Positions 39,890 through 51,786 of a stretch of 64,000 nucleotides of DNA are shown piece by piece. Location of the stretch: the NCBI GenBank assembly GCA_964591015.1, contig CAZPXM010000001.1, positions 41,062-105,061 on the forward strand. The letters are read 5' to 3'. Position 1 is the first letter of the stretch. Every line of letters begins with the position of its first letter. Source of the stretch: an uncultured Gemmatimonadaceae bacterium. GTDB lineage: Bacteria > Latescibacterota > UBA2968 > UBA8231. The notes beneath the pieces were generated by a model that did no database searches, was not told the DNA's origin, and saw nothing but the letters and a program-made list of their open reading frames with translations. Made by a program: the position numbers and the translations under genes.

Positions 39890-40786
39890 TCAGCGCTCCA
39901 GGCCGACGCCGAACTCGGCGCGGAAGGCGCGCCAGACTGCCGGATCGACCTCGGCTGTGGCTGCCTCGTACGCCTCTTCGACCTTCTCTTTGTTGTAGGG
40001 TCCCGGCATCACCAGCCCGTCGAAATCGGCGTGCAGGCAGAACTGCATGGCGAGATGGCGGATGTTGACGCCGCGATCGCGACACCACTGCCACATCGCG
40101 TGCGCCAGATAGGCCTGGGGCCGCGGCCGCGACAGGTCGGGCTCGCGTCCGCCCAGCAGCCCCATGCCGAAGACGCTGGCCATGATGACGCCGACGCCGC
40201 GGGCGCGCGCCAGCGGCAGCGTCGTGCGGGCCACCGACTGGTTGAGGAGCGTGTAGTCCAGGTAGGTGAGCACGATCTCGCAGTGGCCGGTCTCGATCAT
40301 CCGGCGGTGGAACTCGTGCTGGCGGACGCCGATGCCGAGGTGGCGGACCTTGCCCTCCTCCTTCATCTTCAGCAACTCGTCCAGGCAGGCTCCGGGCGCC
40401 AGCGGCACCTCGATGTCGCTGGGGTCGTGGATGAGCACCGAGTCCAGGTATTCCGTCTTCAGCAGTCGCAGGCTGTTCTCGACGCTCCAGCGCGTGCCGG
40501 CGGCGCTGAAGTCGCCGCGGCGCTCCGGGTGGGTGCCCGTCTTGGTTTCCAGGTACACCTTCTCGCGCCAGCCGCCCGCCAGCGCCAGCCCCACGCGACG
40601 TTCGCTCTGTCCGTACCCCGCCGACGTGTCGAGGAAGTCGATGCCCAGCTCGATGGCCCGCCGCACCCCTTCGATGGCGTCGCGGTCCGAGCTCTTGTCG
40701 CTGCCGAACCAGGCGCACCCGAGGCCGAGCACGCAGGGGGTCATGCCGGTGTTGCCGAGGCGCCTTCTGCCCAGTGTGCCGCTCAT
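39890..40786 (-). CDS. Aldo/keto reductase
   Basis: RRRLGNTG, GIDFLDTSAGYG.SE, ETKTG, SLRLLKTEYLDSVLIHDP, GKVRHLGIG. Confidence 0.9.
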   Translation of the reverse strand: MSGTLGRRRLGNTGMTPCVLGLGCAWFGSDKSSDRDAIEGVRRAIELGIDFLDTSAGYGQSERRVGLALAGGWREKVYLETKTGTHPERRGDFSAAGTRWSVENSLRLLKTEYLDSVLIHDPSDIEVPLAPGACLDELLKMKEEGKVRHLGIGVRQHEFHRRMIETGHCEIVLTYLDYTLLNQSVARTTLPLARARGVGVIMASVFGMGLLGGREPDLSRPRPQAYLAHAMWQWCRDRGVNIRHLAMQFCLHADFDGLVMPGPYNKEKVEEAYEAATAEVDPAVWRAFRAEFGVGLER

Positions 40787-40895
40787 TCGGTGTTCTCCTT
40801 GACCGGGACTGCGGCCCTGGTGGCCGCCAGTTGCCGCGCGCCGAGGCAATGAACCGCAGGCCGGGGCCGCGGTCAAGCCGCGGTGGCCGGGCCGG

Positions 40896-40924
40896 TTGAC
40901 AGCCAGGCGCCGAGCGGACACCTT
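40896..40924 (+). promoter_or_regulatory. Putative promoter TTGACA-N17-CACCTT for the M16 peptidase
   Basis: Perfect -35 and 17-bp spacer, weak -10. Confidence 0.4.
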
Positions 40925-41042
40925 AGCGCCGCCCGCCGACCGGCAAGATGCCTGCGCATCGGCCCGCCAGCGCCGTCCCTGGCGCAGCCGGTGTGAGCGG
41001 CAGCCGACAGGGAGCGGGTCGTCACCCCCCGGAGACTGCCCC

Positions 41043-43919
41043 ATGCAATCGTTGCGCGCCGTGGTCTGTGCTGCGGCCGTCGCGGTGGTGGCCGCCTGCG
41101 CCGGCAGACAGTCGCGGCCGAGCCTCCCCGCAGGAACGGCGGACACCGCGCCGCTTCCCGCCGGCATCCGGCCGTACCTCCAGCAGACGATCCCGCTGGA
41201 CCGGGCGCTCCACCACGGCACGCTGGCCAACGGCATGCGCTATCTGATCCGGAGGAACCAGCGGCCGGAGTCGCGGCTCGAGCTGCGTCTGGTGGTGCGC
41301 GTCGGCTCGGTGGTGGAAGCGGACCACGAACAGGGCTTTGCGCACGTCCTCGAGCACCTGGCGTTTCAGAGCACCCGGCACTTCGGCGGGCACGAGCTCG
41401 TCCAGTACCTCGAGTCGCTCGGCATCGCCTTCGGCCCGGATCTGAACGCCTACACCGGGTTCGACGCCACCGTGTACGAGCTCCGGGTGCCCACCGACTC
41501 GGCAGCCGTCGTGCAGACGGCGCTGCAGGTCCTGGCGGACTGGGCCGGGGGCATGCTGCTGCTTCCCGAGGAGGTCGACAGGGAGCGGCAGGTCATCATC
41601 GAGGAATGGCGTTCCGGCCGCGGGGCCGCTGCCCGTCTGCGCGACCAGCAGCTGCCGCTGCTGCTGTCCGGCTCCCGCTATGCCGAGCGTCTGCCGATCG
41701 GGCAGCTGGCGGTGCTGGACACCTTCCATCACGAGCAGCTGCGGGCCTTCCATCGGGCCTGGTACCGCCCCGACCTGATGGCGGTGATCGCGGTGGGCGA
41801 CTGCGATCCGGCATGGCTCCTGGAACAGATCCGCGACTGCTTCGGCGCGCTGGCGGCTGCTCCGGACGCTCCCGCGCGACCCGAATTCCCCGTGCCGCCC
41901 CACGCCCAGACGCTGTTCTCGATCGCCACCGACCCGGAGGCGACGGCGGCGCAGGTAGCGCTCTACACCAAGGCGGACGCGCGTCTCCAGGCGACCGTTG
42001 GCGACTACCGCCGCTACCTCGTCGAGCTGCTCTACTACCGCATGCTGAACCAGCGTCTGTACGAGCTGACCATGCTGGCCGAGCCGCCGTTCCTCAGCGC
42101 CGCGGCGGGCAACACCCGTCTGGTGGCGACGGCGGAGGCGCAGGTCCTGCGCTGCCAGACCACGAACGCCGGCGTCCTGGGCGGGCTGGCCGCGCTGGTG
42201 CGCGAGGCCCGCAGAGCGCGGTTGTACGGTTTCACCGCCACCGAGCTCGAGCGCGAGAAGAAGGACATGCTGCGCTATATGGACCAGGTGTACCGCGAGC
42301 GAGACAAGACCGAATCGGCGACGTATGCGGCCGAGTACATCCGGCATTTCCTCGATGCGGAGCCCACGCCGGGCCTCGAGTACGAGTACGGTCTGTACCG
42401 GACCTTTCTGCCGCAGATCACGCGGGAGGAGGTGGCCGCCAGCGCGGCCCAGTGGAACGCGGAGGCCAATCGCGTGGTGCTGGTCAGCATGCCCGCCGCC
42501 GTGGACGTCGCCGTGCCGACGGAAGCGATGCTCCGGCGTACCCTCGCCGAGGTGGAGGCCGAGACCATCGAGCCCTACATCGATGCGGCTCTCGACGGTC
42601 AGCTCGTCGAGCCGCCGCCCTCACCGGGGCGGATCGTCCACGAGTCCACCGTGCCCGAGCTGGGCCTCACGGTCTGGGAGCTGAGCAACGGTGTCCGCGT
42701 CAAGGTCAAGCCCACCGACTTCAAGAACGACGAGGTGCTGCTGGCCGCCGTCAGTCCCGGAGGGCACTCGCTGGTGGACGACGCGGACTTCATCGCGGCC
42801 TCGACCGCGGACGCGGTGGTGCGCGAGTCGGGCGTGGGCCGTTACGACAAGATCGCGCTGGAGAAGGCCCTGGCCGGCAGGATGGTGCAGGTCGTGCCGT
42901 GGATCGGCGAGCTGCAGGAGGGACTCAAGGGCGCCGCCTCGCCGGAGGACCTGGAAACGCTCTTCCAGCTCGTGTACCTGTACATGGTCGAGCCGCGCGC
43001 GGACAGCACGGCGTTCGCGTCGTACCAGCACTGGCTGGCGGGCATGATCGAGAATCGGGCCGCCAGCCCGGATGCAGCCTTCAGCGACACGGTCACGGCC
43101 ATCCTGTCGCAGCACCATCTCCGGGCCCGGCCCTGGTCGCCCGAGATGATCGCCGCGATGGACCTGCAGCGCTCGCTGGCCATCTACCGGCAGCGCATGG
43201 CGGCCGCCGGCGATTTCACGTTCTACCTGGTGGGCAACCTGGACCTCGAAGAGCTGCGCGGCCTGGTCTGCCGCTACCTGGGTGCCCTGCCGGCGGGCGG
43301 GCCGGGCGAGCGCTGGCGCGACGTGGGCATCGATCCGCCGCCGGGCGTCGTCGAGCGCGAGGTGCGCCGCGGGCTGGAGCAGAAGTGCTTCACCCAGATC
43401 ATCTTCGCCGGCGAACGCCCGTGGTCGTACGAGGAGGCGTTCGCGCTGGACGCGCTGGCCGCGGTGCTGCGCATCAGGCTCAGGGAGGTGCTGCGCGAGG
43501 GGCTGGGCGGCACGTACGGGGTGGGTGTCGGCGGCACGCTTCTCCATTATCCGGACGAGGAGTACCGGCTGGCGATCGGGTTCGGATGCGCGCCCGAGCG
43601 GCTGGAGGAGCTCACCGGCGCGGTGTTCGCCCAGCTCGACAGCATGGCCCTGGCGGGCCCGGACACCTCGCTGATCGAGCGGGTGCGTTCGGTCAAGCGG
43701 CGCCAGCACGAGGTCGAGTTGCGCGAGAACAGCTACTGGCTGGAGCTGCTCCAGGCCGCCGACTTCCACGGGCTGGAGCCCCAGCGCGTCCTCGAGCTGG
43801 ATCGCCAGCTTGCCGAGCTATCGCCCGACCTGCTGCGGGGCGCTGCGGCCCGGTACGTCGACAAGTCGCGCTACGTGCGCGTGGTGCTGCGGCCGGAGAC
43901 AGACGCCTCCCAGCAGTGA
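41043..43919 (+). CDS. pqqL: M16 family zinc peptidase (PqqL-like), probable lipoprotein
   Basis: LANGMRYLI, GFAHVLEHLAF (HxxEH), DLNAYTGFD.TVY, ERQVIIEE, second half LSNGVRV..KPTDFKNDE, LREVLREGLGGTY; lipobox VAAC19. Confidence 0.92.
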   Translation: MQSLRAVVCAAAVAVVAACAGRQSRPSLPAGTADTAPLPAGIRPYLQQTIPLDRALHHGTLANGMRYLIRRNQRPESRLELRLVVRVGSVVEADHEQGFAHVLEHLAFQSTRHFGGHELVQYLESLGIAFGPDLNAYTGFDATVYELRVPTDSAAVVQTALQVLADWAGGMLLLPEEVDRERQVIIEEWRSGRGAAARLRDQQLPLLLSGSRYAERLPIGQLAVLDTFHHEQLRAFHRAWYRPDLMAVIAVGDCDPAWLLEQIRDCFGALAAAPDAPARPEFPVPPHAQTLFSIATDPEATAAQVALYTKADARLQATVGDYRRYLVELLYYRMLNQRLYELTMLAEPPFLSAAAGNTRLVATAEAQVLRCQTTNAGVLGGLAALVREARRARLYGFTATELEREKKDMLRYMDQVYRERDKTESATYAAEYIRHFLDAEPTPGLEYEYGLYRTFLPQITREEVAASAAQWNAEANRVVLVSMPAAVDVAVPTEAMLRRTLAEVEAETIEPYIDAALDGQLVEPPPSPGRIVHESTVPELGLTVWELSNGVRVKVKPTDFKNDEVLLAAVSPGGHSLVDDADFIAASTADAVVRESGVGRYDKIALEKALAGRMVQVVPWIGELQEGLKGAASPEDLETLFQLVYLYMVEPRADSTAFASYQHWLAGMIENRAASPDAAFSDTVTAILSQHHLRARPWSPEMIAAMDLQRSLAIYRQRMAAAGDFTFYLVGNLDLEELRGLVCRYLGALPAGGPGERWRDVGIDPPPGVVEREVRRGLEQKCFTQIIFAGERPWSYEEAFALDALAAVLRIRLREVLREGLGGTYGVGVGGTLLHYPDEEYRLAIGFGCAPERLEELTGAVFAQLDSMALAGPDTSLIERVRSVKRRQHEVELRENSYWLELLQAADFHGLEPQRVLELDRQLAELSPDLLRGAAARYVDKSRYVRVVLRPETDASQQ

Positions 43920-43941
43920 GGGGACGACCCCGGGCGGGCCC

Positions 43942-45321
43942 TCACGCGGCTGCCAGCACGGCCTTCGCCCAGGTCTCCAGCAGGCCCAGATCCGCGGCCA
44001 GGTGCAGGATCGTGTAGCGCGCGCGAATGTCCTTGCTGTGGACCAGGGCGCGCCGGGCCCGGCGCCGCGGCACGCCGATCTGCGCGAAGGTGGCGGGAGC
44101 CTGGGCCCGCTCCAGTTCCGCGCGCAGGTCGGCTGCCGGCCGCAGGGTCGTGGCCACCTCGGCGAGGATCTCCTCCCAGTGTCGCTGCAAGCGGGTGAGC
44201 CGCGCCCGCAGGCGTTCGGGGTCCGGATGGGCGCGGCGCGCGTGCTCGACAACCGCATCCGCCAGCGTTCCGAACCGGCGCCGCACCAGGGCCCGGTAGG
44301 CCGTCCACGGAGCCAGCGCGGCCACGCGCCCCTCCACGTCGATCTGCGCCGGCGACATGCCGGCGAGCCGCTCGTACAGCGCGGCCATGGCCACGGTGGC
44401 CACGCCGACCTGACAGCCGTGCAGATCGTGGGGCTCGCCCCAGGCAAAGTGGGTCATGTCGAGATAGTGACTCACGAGATGCTCGGCGCCGCTGCTGGGC
44501 GCCGCGGGGCCCGCCAGCCCCATCGCCAGACCGGAGAGGCACAGGCTGGCGCACAGCCTGCCCACAGCAGCCGGATCGCGGCCCGGCAGGCGCTCGGCCA
44601 CGCCGTCGAGCAGTGCACTGCCCGCCTCCATCAAGGCGCGCACCCGGCCGGGATAGGCCTCTCCCTCCAGATGCTGGGCCAGGCTCCAGTCGGCGCTGCT
44701 CACCGGCTTGGAGAGCAGGTCGCCCAGGCCGGAGGCGATCATCCGGTAGGGTGCCGCGGCGAGCACGTCCAGGTCGAACAGACAGACAACGGCAGGCCGG
44801 CACGGCCGGGTGATCTTGACGCCGTGGCGCAGCAGGGCGGACAGGCTGGAGGTGTAGCCGTTCATCGACGGCGCCGTCGCGACCACGCCGTACGGCAGCC
44901 CGCGGCTGTCGGCTGCTGTCTTGACGATGTCGTTGACGGTGCCGGCCCCGACCGCGACCGCGGCGCTGCAGCCCAGTTCGCCCAGCCGGGTCTGGATCGC
45001 CTCGACCCTGGCGTCGTCCGCCACGGGCGCCGTGGCGCCGGGTTCCGGCGGCACGATCGCGACCCGCGCCGGCAGGCCGGCTCGCTCCAGACTGGCTGCC
45101 ACGGCCGCACCGGCCACCCGCCAGGTGGTCGGATCCGCCACCAGCAGCCAAGTGCCGGCTGGCAGGTGCGCGCGCAGCAGCGACGCCGAGCGCGGCAACA
45201 GCCCTGGCTCGAACACCAGACAGCGTGTCACCAGCTCGGCGGCGTACGGGGCCAGAAGAGGGGCGATGTCCAGGCGCTGCGCAGGCATGGAGGCAGGATC
45301 GGCGGATGGTTCGGCGAGCAT
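43942..45321 (-). CDS. sn-glycerol-1-phosphate dehydrogenase-like (AraM/EgsA family)
   Basis: VAVGAGTVNDIVK, TAPSMNGYTS, ASGLGDLLSK, SSGAEHLVSHYLDM, LHGCQVG. Confidence 0.85.
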   Translation of the reverse strand: MLAEPSADPASMPAQRLDIAPLLAPYAAELVTRCLVFEPGLLPRSASLLRAHLPAGTWLLVADPTTWRVAGAAVAASLERAGLPARVAIVPPEPGATAPVADDARVEAIQTRLGELGCSAAVAVGAGTVNDIVKTAADSRGLPYGVVATAPSMNGYTSSLSALLRHGVKITRPCRPAVVCLFDLDVLAAAPYRMIASGLGDLLSKPVSSADWSLAQHLEGEAYPGRVRALMEAGSALLDGVAERLPGRDPAAVGRLCASLCLSGLAMGLAGPAAPSSGAEHLVSHYLDMTHFAWGEPHDLHGCQVGVATVAMAALYERLAGMSPAQIDVEGRVAALAPWTAYRALVRRRFGTLADAVVEHARRAHPDPERLRARLTRLQRHWEEILAEVATTLRPAADLRAELERAQAPATFAQIGVPRRRARRALVHSKDIRARYTILHLAADLGLLETWAKAVLAAA

Positions 45322-45388
45322 GGACCCGACCTGGATCGCCCTCGCCCACAGCCGGCGGTCGGCCGTCGCGCGGCCGCGGCGCGGGCGT

Positions 45389-45417
45389 ACGCTCGCGGCC
45401 GCGCCGTGCCGTGTCAA
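45389..45417 (-). promoter_or_regulatory. Putative promoter TTGACA-N17-GAGCGT for the G1PDH-like gene
   Basis: Perfect -35 and 17-bp spacer, weak -10. Confidence 0.35.
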
Positions 45418-45547
45418 GCGGCCGCCGCGGGCGGTTGGCGCCGCGTCTCCTTGCCGGAGCCCGCGGGCGGCTCGTTCTTAGGATTCACCGCGTGCCGCCC
45501 CGCTGCGGGCGCCTCCGGCAGACCGTCGGCACATCCCCAGCCCTGCC

Positions 45548-47515
<1,968 letters not shown>

Positions 47516-47580
47516 GCGCTGCCGGGCGCTCGCCGGCGCCCCGCCGTGGCTCGCCTGTCCATTGCCCTTGGAGGTTGCCC

Positions 47581-50235
47581 ATGGTGTGGCGCGTGCCCCG
47601 TTCCCTGCACCAGTACTGCCGCGACGTCCTCCCGTTGCTGCTGGCGCACAGCAGCGGCGACCGCATGCTCGAGGCGGTGGCGGCGGTGCTGCGGTCCGAC
47701 CGCTGGAACTCCTTCGACCGGTTCCACGAGACCACGGAGACGCTGGTCGGCCGCTACCGGGCCGTGGGGGCCCAGGCAGAGGTGTACCCGGTCCAGACGG
47801 GAGGTCGGATCGGCAGCGGGCGCTGGGTGATCCAGGAAGCCGCGGACATTCTCGGTGCCAGCGTCGAGGTGGTGTCGCCCGTGCACCGGCGCGTGCTGGA
47901 CTACGCGGAGAATCCGTGGCACGTGATCCAGTGGTCGACCAGCACACCGGCGGCGGGGCTGGAGTGCCGGCTGGCGATCGTCGACGACATGGAGGAACTC
48001 GGGCGTCTGGGACCGGAGGGCCTGCGCGGCGCGGCGGTGCTGAGCAGACTGGGCGCCCGCGAACTGCTGCGGCCGCTGGCCGACCGGGGCGCGGCCGCGC
48101 TGATCGTCGACCGGGCCGCAGCCGCCGGCTCGCAGGCGCTGCAGTGGACGAAGTTCGGCTGGGGGGCCATCGCCCCGGAGGCGGCCTGCGCGCGGCTGGT
48201 GGGGTACGTGGTGAGCGCCGATCAGGGACGGCAGTTGCGCGAGCTGGCGCGTACCGAGGGCGAGGTGCGCCTGCGGCTGCGCGCCGACATCCGGCGGTAC
48301 GTCGGCACCCACGATGTGGTGAGCGGCCTGGTGCCGGGCAGCGGCGACCCGCAGGACGAGGTCTGGGCGATCGCCCACAGCGCCGAGCCCGGGGCGGTGG
48401 ACAACGCCTCGGGCGTGGCCGTGTGCCTCGAGATCGCCCGCGTCCTGGAGGAGCTGATCCGCGCCGGCCGCCTGCGGCGCCCGAAGCGCTCGATCCGCCT
48501 GGTGAACGCCTACGAGTGCTACGGGTTCTTCGCCTTCCTGGAGCGGGTGCGGCGCCTGCAGCCGCCGCTGGCCGGCGTGTGCCTGGACGCCCTGGGCACC
48601 AGGCCCGAGGCGTGCGACGGGCGCCTGGAGTGGCATGCGACCGTGCCGGCCTCCGCCGGCTTCGTCGACCGCGCCGGCGCGACCCTGCTGCGCGCCGCGC
48701 TGCGCCAGCGCCGGCCCGGATACCGGCTCCACTTGGGCGCGTTCCAGTCCACGGCGGACACGCTGATCGGCGATCCCCGCTATGGCTTCCCGTGTCCGTG
48801 GCTGACGTCGATGTACCGGCGGCAGGGCAGCTATGCGGCCTACCACAACTCCGCCGACACGGTCGCCCTGCTCGACGGTGCGTGCCTCGAGGCGATCGCC
48901 GGCGCCATGGCGGGGTACCTGCACTATCTGGCCGACATGGACACGGAGGACGTGCTGGCGTGGACCGCGTGCGAGGCGGCGCTGGCGGCCCGCGCGCTCG
49001 GCGAGCAGGAACCGGCCAGTGCCGCGGCAGCGTCCGTGCGCGCGGGCTATGCCGCCACGGAGGCGCGGCTGCGGCGCTGGCTGTGGGGGGGCGAGCGGCC
49101 GGCAGTCATGGCGCGGCTGCGAACAGCCAGGGCGCGCGTGGAGCAGGCCGCGCCGGGCGGCTGGCAGCGACGGCCGGTGCCCCGCGCGCTGGCGGCCGCA
49201 GTGCGCCGCGTGCCGCGGCGGACCGCGCCGCTCACGCCGACGCTGGAGAACACGCCGGAGGCGCTGGCGGCGCGCCTGCGGCGAGCGGGGTTGGATCCGT
49301 GGACCCTCTACTGGGCCGACGGCCGCCGCAGCATCGCGGAGATTGCGGCCCTGGCGGCCGGGGACCGTCCGGGTGCCAAGGGCGGTCCGGCGGCCGGCGA
49401 CTGGAAGCAGGTGCTGCAGCGCCACGCGGAGTTCTTCGCCGTGCACGCCGAGCTGGGCTACGTCCAGCTGATGGACCCGCAGCAGATGTGGACGCGGGCC
49501 CGGCTCACCGGCGACCTGCGGCGTCTGGGCGTGCGGCCTGGCATGGATCTGATGGTGCACAGCTCGCTGTCCGCGCTCGGCCCGGTGGCCGGCGGCGCCG
49601 AGACCGTGGTGGCGGCCCTATTGGCCGCGATCGGTCCGCGCGGCACCCTCTTGATGCCGTCCTTCAACCATCGCGCCGCGCGGGTGTACAACCCGCTGAC
49701 GACGCCCACGACCAACGGCGCCATCCCCGATGCCATGTGGCGGCGCCCCGATGCGGTGCGGAGCCTGCACCCGACGCACGCGGTGGCCGCGATCGGACCC
49801 CGCGCCGAGCACTACTGCCGCGGGCACGTGGAGGCGGGCGTGTGGGCCGAGGACAGCCCCATCGGCCGGCTCATCCACGGCGGCGGCTACCTGCTGTGCC
49901 TGGGTACCACGCACAACACCTCGACCGCCTACCACGTGGCGGAGATCTCGATGCCCTGCCGGTGCATCGACATGTTCGGGGCGGACGATGTGGTCGTGAT
50001 GCCGGACGGCAACCTCCAGCGCGTGCGCGGCCTGGCGTTCCGCGCCGGCCCGTGCCCGGTTCCCACCAGCAAGCTCGACGAGACGCTGGACCGGCGCGGC
50101 CTGCAGCGCCGGGGCAAGGTGGGACAGGCGGACAGCGCGCTGTGCCGCGCCATCGACCTGTGGCGCGTGCGCCGCGAGCACCTGCGCGGCGTCTGCGCGA
50201 CATGCACGGTGCGGCCGCAGCGGGCCCGCGGTTGA
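47581..50235 (+). CDS. Fusion: PA-domain + M28/DUF4910-like aminopeptidase-fold + winged helix + AAC(3)-family N-acyltransferase
   Basis: AHSAEPGAVDNASG, YEC, CLDALG, AYHNSADT; WADGRRSIAEIA wHTH; then LRRLGVRPGMDLMVHSSLSALG, GTLLMPSF, RSLHPTHAVAAIG, LCLG..HNTSTAYHVAE in one uninterrupted frame. Confidence 0.85.
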   Translation: MVWRVPRSLHQYCRDVLPLLLAHSSGDRMLEAVAAVLRSDRWNSFDRFHETTETLVGRYRAVGAQAEVYPVQTGGRIGSGRWVIQEAADILGASVEVVSPVHRRVLDYAENPWHVIQWSTSTPAAGLECRLAIVDDMEELGRLGPEGLRGAAVLSRLGARELLRPLADRGAAALIVDRAAAAGSQALQWTKFGWGAIAPEAACARLVGYVVSADQGRQLRELARTEGEVRLRLRADIRRYVGTHDVVSGLVPGSGDPQDEVWAIAHSAEPGAVDNASGVAVCLEIARVLEELIRAGRLRRPKRSIRLVNAYECYGFFAFLERVRRLQPPLAGVCLDALGTRPEACDGRLEWHATVPASAGFVDRAGATLLRAALRQRRPGYRLHLGAFQSTADTLIGDPRYGFPCPWLTSMYRRQGSYAAYHNSADTVALLDGACLEAIAGAMAGYLHYLADMDTEDVLAWTACEAALAARALGEQEPASAAAASVRAGYAATEARLRRWLWGGERPAVMARLRTARARVEQAAPGGWQRRPVPRALAAAVRRVPRRTAPLTPTLENTPEALAARLRRAGLDPWTLYWADGRRSIAEIAALAAGDRPGAKGGPAAGDWKQVLQRHAEFFAVHAELGYVQLMDPQQMWTRARLTGDLRRLGVRPGMDLMVHSSLSALGPVAGGAETVVAALLAAIGPRGTLLMPSFNHRAARVYNPLTTPTTNGAIPDAMWRRPDAVRSLHPTHAVAAIGPRAEHYCRGHVEAGVWAEDSPIGRLIHGGGYLLCLGTTHNTSTAYHVAEISMPCRCIDMFGADDVVVMPDGNLQRVRGLAFRAGPCPVPTSKLDETLDRRGLQRRGKVGQADSALCRAIDLWRVRREHLRGVCATCTVRPQRARG

Positions 50236-50272
50236 CCGACGCCGGTGGCGCCGCCGCCGGCCCGCACCGGCC

Positions 50273-50301
50273 TTGAGACGGTGCGGCAAGGCTCCTATAC
50301 T
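50273..50301 (+). promoter_or_regulatory. sigma70 promoter TTGAGA-N17-TATACT for the NSS transporter
   Basis: ttgaga cggtgcggcaaggctcc tatact. Confidence 0.7.
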
Positions 50302-50368
50302 TGCCCGGCACCCCCGGGGGGTGCGTGGCTGCTGCCATCCTCGTCCATCACACCTGCGGGACAGCGGC

Positions 50369-51739
50369 ATGGCGAATCGCGAGCACTGGAGTTCGCGGCT
50401 GGGCTTCATCCTGGCGGCCGCCGGTTCGGCGATCGGTCTGGGCAATCTGTGGAAGTTCCCCTACATCACCTACGAGAACGGCGGCGGTTCGTTCGTCCTG
50501 GTCTACCTCGTCTGCGTGGCGCTCATCGGGCTGCCGATCATGGTCGCCGAGACGCTGCTGGGACGCCGCGCCGGCACGAGCGTGGTCGGCGCCTTCCGGG
50601 TGCTGGCCCCGCACGCCCGTTACTGCCAGATCATCGGCTGGCTGGGGGTCGCGGCGGGATTCGTCATCCTCAGCTACTACAGCGTCGTCGCCGGCTGGAC
50701 CCTGGAGTACGCGGTGCGGGCGAGTTCGGGGTACTTCGACGGCATGGATGCCCAGCAGGTCTCGGCCTCGTTCGGGTCCTTCCTGGCCGACCCCGTGCGG
50801 CAGGTAGGCTGGCACGCGGTCTTCATGCTGCTGACCATGGGCGTGGTGATGGGCGGCGTCAAGCGGGGGATCGAACGCTGGGCGCGCATCCTCATGCCCG
50901 TGTTGCTGGCCCTGATCGTCGCGCTGATGGTGTACTCGCTGGTGACCGGCGATGCGATCAGCGCGTTCCGCTTCGTCTTCCGCCTCTCGCCGGTCAGCAA
51001 GCACGGCGTGCTGGAGGCCATGGGCCACGCGTTCTTCACGCTGAGTCTGGGCATGGGCGCGATGGCGACCTACGGGAGCTACGTCTCGAAGGATGTGGGC
51101 CTGGCGAGGATCTCGCTGGCGGTGACCGCCATGGACACTGCGATCGCGCTGGGGGCGTGCATGGTGCTTTATCCCATGATCTACGCGCACGGCCTGCGCA
51201 TCGAGGAGAGCGTGGGGATCATCTTCACGACGCTGCCCTCGATCTTCGCGCGGATCCCCCTGGGCGGGGTGGTGGCGCCGGTGTTCTTCCTGCTGATGGC
51301 GTTCGCGGCGCTCACCTCCACGATCTCGCTCCTAGAGGTGGTGGTCGCCTTCGGAGTGGACGAGCTGGGACTGCGGCGGCGGACGGCGGCACTGAGCGCC
51401 ACCCTGATCATCTTCCTGTTCGGCGTGCCCTCCGCCCTGTGCAACGGGGCGGTCGGCTGGCTGGCGCGGGTCCGCCTGCTGGCCAAGGGCGCGCACGAGC
51501 TCAACTGGTTCGACTCGTTCGACTACCTGGCCACCAACTGGATGCTGCCGCTGGGCGGCCTGCTGATCTCGGTGTTCATCGGCTGGGTGCTGCCCGCGGC
51601 AGCGCGAGAGGAGGAGTTCCGCCTCGGCGCGCGCTGCGGGCCACGCCTGCCGTTCGTGCTGTGGGACATTGCCATCCGCTACGTCTCGCCGGCCGCCGTG
51701 CTGGTCGTGCTGCTGTACAAGGTGGGTCTGTTCGGCTGA
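50369..51739 (+). CDS. Sodium-dependent neurotransmitter-symporter (NSS/SNF) family amino-acid transporter
   Basis: REHWSSRLGFILAAAGSAIGLGNLWKFPY, GGGSF..VYL, SYYSVVAGW, AFFTLSLGMG. Confidence 0.95.
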   Translation: MANREHWSSRLGFILAAAGSAIGLGNLWKFPYITYENGGGSFVLVYLVCVALIGLPIMVAETLLGRRAGTSVVGAFRVLAPHARYCQIIGWLGVAAGFVILSYYSVVAGWTLEYAVRASSGYFDGMDAQQVSASFGSFLADPVRQVGWHAVFMLLTMGVVMGGVKRGIERWARILMPVLLALIVALMVYSLVTGDAISAFRFVFRLSPVSKHGVLEAMGHAFFTLSLGMGAMATYGSYVSKDVGLARISLAVTAMDTAIALGACMVLYPMIYAHGLRIEESVGIIFTTLPSIFARIPLGGVVAPVFFLLMAFAALTSTISLLEVVVAFGVDELGLRRRTAALSATLIIFLFGVPSALCNGAVGWLARVRLLAKGAHELNWFDSFDYLATNWMLPLGGLLISVFIGWVLPAAAREEEFRLGARCGPRLPFVLWDIAIRYVSPAAVLVVLLYKVGLFG

Positions 51740-51786
51740 GGCCACTCGCCGGCCTGGGAGCGGCGGGGATCAGGAGGGAGGGGAGG

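Noticed and set aside
49480-50235. Calling the C-terminal domain an aac(3) resistance gene
   Set aside because: Family membership alone does not show aminoglycoside activity; many homologues (YokD-like, glycan-locus members) are not resistance determinants, and there is no mobile-element context.
50245-51786. 844-aa ORF suggesting an extended dehydrogenase
   Set aside because: It overlaps the NSS transporter out of frame; the real start is ATG 51787 after GGGAGG.
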